NCBI GenBank assembly: GCA_965218435.1
Contig: CBDCKW010000005.1
Span: 352,001-416,000 of the forward strand
DNA length: 64,000 nucleotides
Direction: 5' to 3'
Origin: Truepera sp.
Lineage (GTDB): Bacteria > Deinococcota > Deinococci > Deinococcales > Trueperaceae
Part shown: positions 61,283 through 64,000 of the stretch, piece after piece
Numbering within the stretch: position 1 is the stretch's first letter
How the letters are laid out: each line of letters begins with the position of its first letter
Notes under the pieces: model-generated
Told to the model about the DNA's origin: nothing
Database searches by the model: none
The model's input: the letters and a program-made list of their open reading frames with translations, nothing else
Program-made: the position numbers and the translations under genes

Positions 61283-62146
61283 TCAGGTGGAAGCGGGCGT
61301 TTGCGCTCCGACGAGCGAGCTGATTCGCTCGTCGTCTGCCAGGGTTGTCGGAGTGTAGATTACCATGCCGAGGTCAGGCTGGCCGTCAACTGCAAAAGCT
61401 GAATACTCGAGCGCGATCACTCCGACTAGCGGATGCCGCAGACATTTGCTACCCTCGCCGTAGGTACGCACTTCGTTGTCATGCCACATCGCTCTGAATT
61501 CGGCGCTGAGCCCGCTAAGCTCATCAACCAGGGCTTGACCCTCACTCATCAAGGCCCCGGTTCGCGCTGCCTCCGCTCGAAACGCCGCCACCATGAACCG
61601 GGCCTCACTCTCCCAATCCGAAGTTTTGGTCCGAACGTCAGGGTCACGAAAGAAAAGGCGCAAGATGTTACGCTGCTCGGCCAGGAGTGCGCCGTAGTCA
61701 GTCAGTACCGCGGCGGCGGCGCGGTTCCAGGCAACCACATCCCAGGTGGAGGTCTTCAGATAGGCCGGGCTGAGTTCCAGCGCGTCGATCACACGTTGAA
61801 GGCGCGGGGTGGCCTCCTCGGCCGCCCGGTAATAGACCTCCGGTGGCCGGTGCTGCGCCAGCAAGAAGAGATGCTCGCGCTCGACCGCCGTCAGCGCCAG
61901 CGCCTCAGCGATCTGCTCGAGCACGGCTGCGGAGGGTGTCCCGCCGCGCCCCTGCTCGAGCCAGGTGTACCAGGTCGCGCTCACGCCGGCACGCTGGGCC
62001 ACCTCTTCACGCCGCAGCTCGGGCGTCCGCCGCCGCGTTTTGGAAATGTCGTAGGCTGCCGGATCGAGCCTAGCGCGGCAAGCCTTTAAGTAGGTGCCAA
62101 GCGGGTTGTCGTCCGTACCGGTCCCGCTCAGCCTGTTAGTCGCCAT
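61283..62146 (-). CDS. XRE HTH regulator with MmyB-like ligand-binding domain
   Basis: RRRTPELRREEVAQRAGVSATWYTWLEQGR, WDVVAWN, HPLVG. Confidence 0.9.
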   Translation of the reverse strand: MATNRLSGTGTDDNPLGTYLKACRARLDPAAYDISKTRRRTPELRREEVAQRAGVSATWYTWLEQGRGGTPSAAVLEQIAEALALTAVEREHLFLLAQHRPPEVYYRAAEEATPRLQRVIDALELSPAYLKTSTWDVVAWNRAAAAVLTDYGALLAEQRNILRLFFRDPDVRTKTSDWESEARFMVAAFRAEAARTGALMSEGQALVDELSGLSAEFRAMWHDNEVRTYGEGSKCLRHPLVGVIALEYSAFAVDGQPDLGMVIYTPTTLADDERISSLVGAQTPAST

Positions 62147-62200
62147 ACCGGTATTGTGCCACGACTTGTATGGTGAGCGCCACAGGTCAATAATAGCGAA

Positions 62201-62415
62201 GTGCGTGTTTTTTTAACCGGCGCAACTGGCTTTATCGGTTCTGCGGTCGTCCAAGAGCTGATCGGCGCGGGCCACCAAGTGCTCGGTCTCGCCCGCTCGG
62301 GAGCGTCCGTCCGCTCGCTCACCGGCTTGAGTGGACCGCAGACGGCGCACGAAGGCAGCGACGCGATCGTGTACCTGGCCCCGGTCGGCACCGACGGCCC
62401 CACCGGCACCGACAT
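62201..62415 (+). pseudogene. Chimeric SDR remnant
   Basis: [18 protein letters not shown]-terminus joined directly to a GPQT..EGSDAIV.LA.VG.DGPTG C-terminus. Confidence 0.6.
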
Positions 62416-62599
62416 CAACATCTCCAGGAGGCACAGGCGTGACCATCCGAGCTCCGCGCGGTCCACCGGTCGTCGAAGTTCAGAAGCGTCGCGGGGATTG
62501 CTCTACCGAAAGACCGATCTCTAAGCCTTGACCGACGATCCTGCGGACTCCGCCGAAACCCGCACCCGACTGACTCTCACAAAACGAAAGGGACATCAA

Positions 62600-63583
62600 A
62601 TGCCCAAAACAGCAACCCACGAAACCCCCAGGATGACCGACGAGCAGCTCGACCAGCTACTGAGCGGCATGGCCGAGGGGTTCGCCACCCAGGACCGGAC
62701 GCGCGCTCCCGTGCTGCACACCCCCTCGGAAGCGGGACTCGACTTCGAGGACGTGACGTTCCCGTCTCTGGACGGCGTCCAACTCGAGGGCTGGTTCATT
62801 CCCGCCGACGGTTCCACGCGCTTGGTGATCGCCAACCACGCGATGGGCTTCAGCCGCTCCGGTCAGCCTACGCACCTCGAGCCGTGGGTCCACGAGTGGG
62901 GTCAGGTCGCCGACGGGGCGAACGCGAAGGAGGTGAACTTCGTCCCCGACTTGAAGATCCTGCACGACGCCGGGTACAACGTGCTCACCTATGACTTGCG
63001 CAACCACGGCCTGAGCGGGTCGGCCAACGGCGGGGAGTCGACCAGCGGCTGGTTCGAGGCCCGCGACGTCGTCGGCTCGCTGCGCTTCGCCCGCCAGGAC
63101 CCCCGGATGCGCGAGATGGCAGTGGGCCTGTTCAGCCGCTGCCTGGGGTGCAACTCCACCTTCGCTGCCATGAAGCAGTACCCAGCCGAGTTCAAGGGCG
63201 TGCGCTGCCTGGTCGGGGCTCAGCCGGTGCAGACCGAGATCATCATCCGGCACCAGTTGGCCCTCGCTGGGGTGCCGGAAGAGCGCCTCGACAGCGCCAT
63301 TGCCGACCTCGACCAGCGGATCAAGGTCACCACCAGCCTGGGCTTCGCGGCCCGGGACAGCCAGGAGTGGGCCGAGCACGTCATGGTCCCGACCCTGTTG
63401 TACGGGGTGCACGACGACGTGCTCACCGACCACACCGACCTGGAGACGGTGCTCGACAATATTCCCGTGGCCGACAAAGAACTCTACTGGGTCCGCGACT
63501 CCGTCGCCCGCTGGGACGGGTACCTGGAGTTCCAGCGGCACCCGCAGCGGTCGCTGGACTGGTTCGACAAGCACATGAAGTGA
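62600..63583 (+). CDS. Alpha/beta hydrolase
   Basis: DGVQLEGWFIP, YDLRNHGLS; SRCLG at the nucleophile position. Confidence 0.8.
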   Translation: MPKTATHETPRMTDEQLDQLLSGMAEGFATQDRTRAPVLHTPSEAGLDFEDVTFPSLDGVQLEGWFIPADGSTRLVIANHAMGFSRSGQPTHLEPWVHEWGQVADGANAKEVNFVPDLKILHDAGYNVLTYDLRNHGLSGSANGGESTSGWFEARDVVGSLRFARQDPRMREMAVGLFSRCLGCNSTFAAMKQYPAEFKGVRCLVGAQPVQTEIIIRHQLALAGVPEERLDSAIADLDQRIKVTTSLGFAARDSQEWAEHVMVPTLLYGVHDDVLTDHTDLETVLDNIPVADKELYWVRDSVARWDGYLEFQRHPQRSLDWFDKHMK

Positions 63584-63715
63584 CCCCGAGGCGGCCAGGC
63601 AGCCGCCTCGGGCGCACGGGGCACGCCGGGCACCTGGACTCACCGTCCTGAGGAGAAAGCATGGAATTGCAAGAAATCCTTTGTGAAACAGCGGAGCTAC
63701 AAGTGGAGTCAAACT

Positions 63716-64000
63716 ATGAGAACAGCACGGTTGAAGCGGCAGCCCGGGCACCTGCACAATTTCACTGGCTTGAGCGTGTCACAGTTTGAGCGATTGGTTG
63801 CGGCGCTAGCGGCAGAAGTCGGTAGCGGCCAGGGCATAGTCAGACCGAGGCGGCGGTCGGTCGGGGGCGAGCGTAAAGCGAAGTTGGGGCGCGAGGACCA
63901 GGTGGTGCTGACGCTGATGTACTACCGGCTTTATTTGACACAAGTGTTGCTGGGCTATTTGTTCGATTTGGACGACAGCAACGTCAGCCGTATCGTCACC
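63716..64000 (+). mobile_element. IS5-family transposase (HTH_Tnp_4 N-terminus), runs off the window edge
   Basis: Hand translation: FTGLSVSQFERL...GGERKAKLGREDQVVLTLMYYRLYLTQVLLGYLFDLDDSNVSR. Confidence 0.8.

Noticed and set aside
1..64000. CRISPR array, tRNA, rRNA
   Set aside because: No regularly spaced direct repeats and no recognisable tRNA or rRNA sequence seen by eye

Overview
A heavily rearranged accessory or plasmid-like region, probably from a Deinococcota bacterium (inferred from several leaderless genes with a TANNNT box 5-6 nt before the ATG and from Deinococcus/Thermus-type integrases). In order it holds: two secreted phosphatases; an IS110 element whose bridge-RNA guides can be matched by eye to its own ends and flanks; a second, orphan bridge-RNA locus with different guides; a CapH/CapP-like HTH plus ImmA/IrrE protease pair divergent from a Ubl / E2-like / JAB-E1 operon (Bub-like), whose Ubl has no C-terminal glycine; a pile of IS remnants and SEC-C genes; a mirror-image pair of AbrB-PIN-tyrosine recombinase operons around a 33-bp palindrome; a possible Tus-like gene behind a 21-bp inverted repeat; further toxin-antitoxin pairs; hydrolase and oxidoreductase cargo; an Opp ABC operon without ATPases; a decayed phage replication module; a P450; and a frameshifted type III PKS. 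No rRNA, tRNA or CRISPR array was seen. All product calls come from motif recognition, not database searches.
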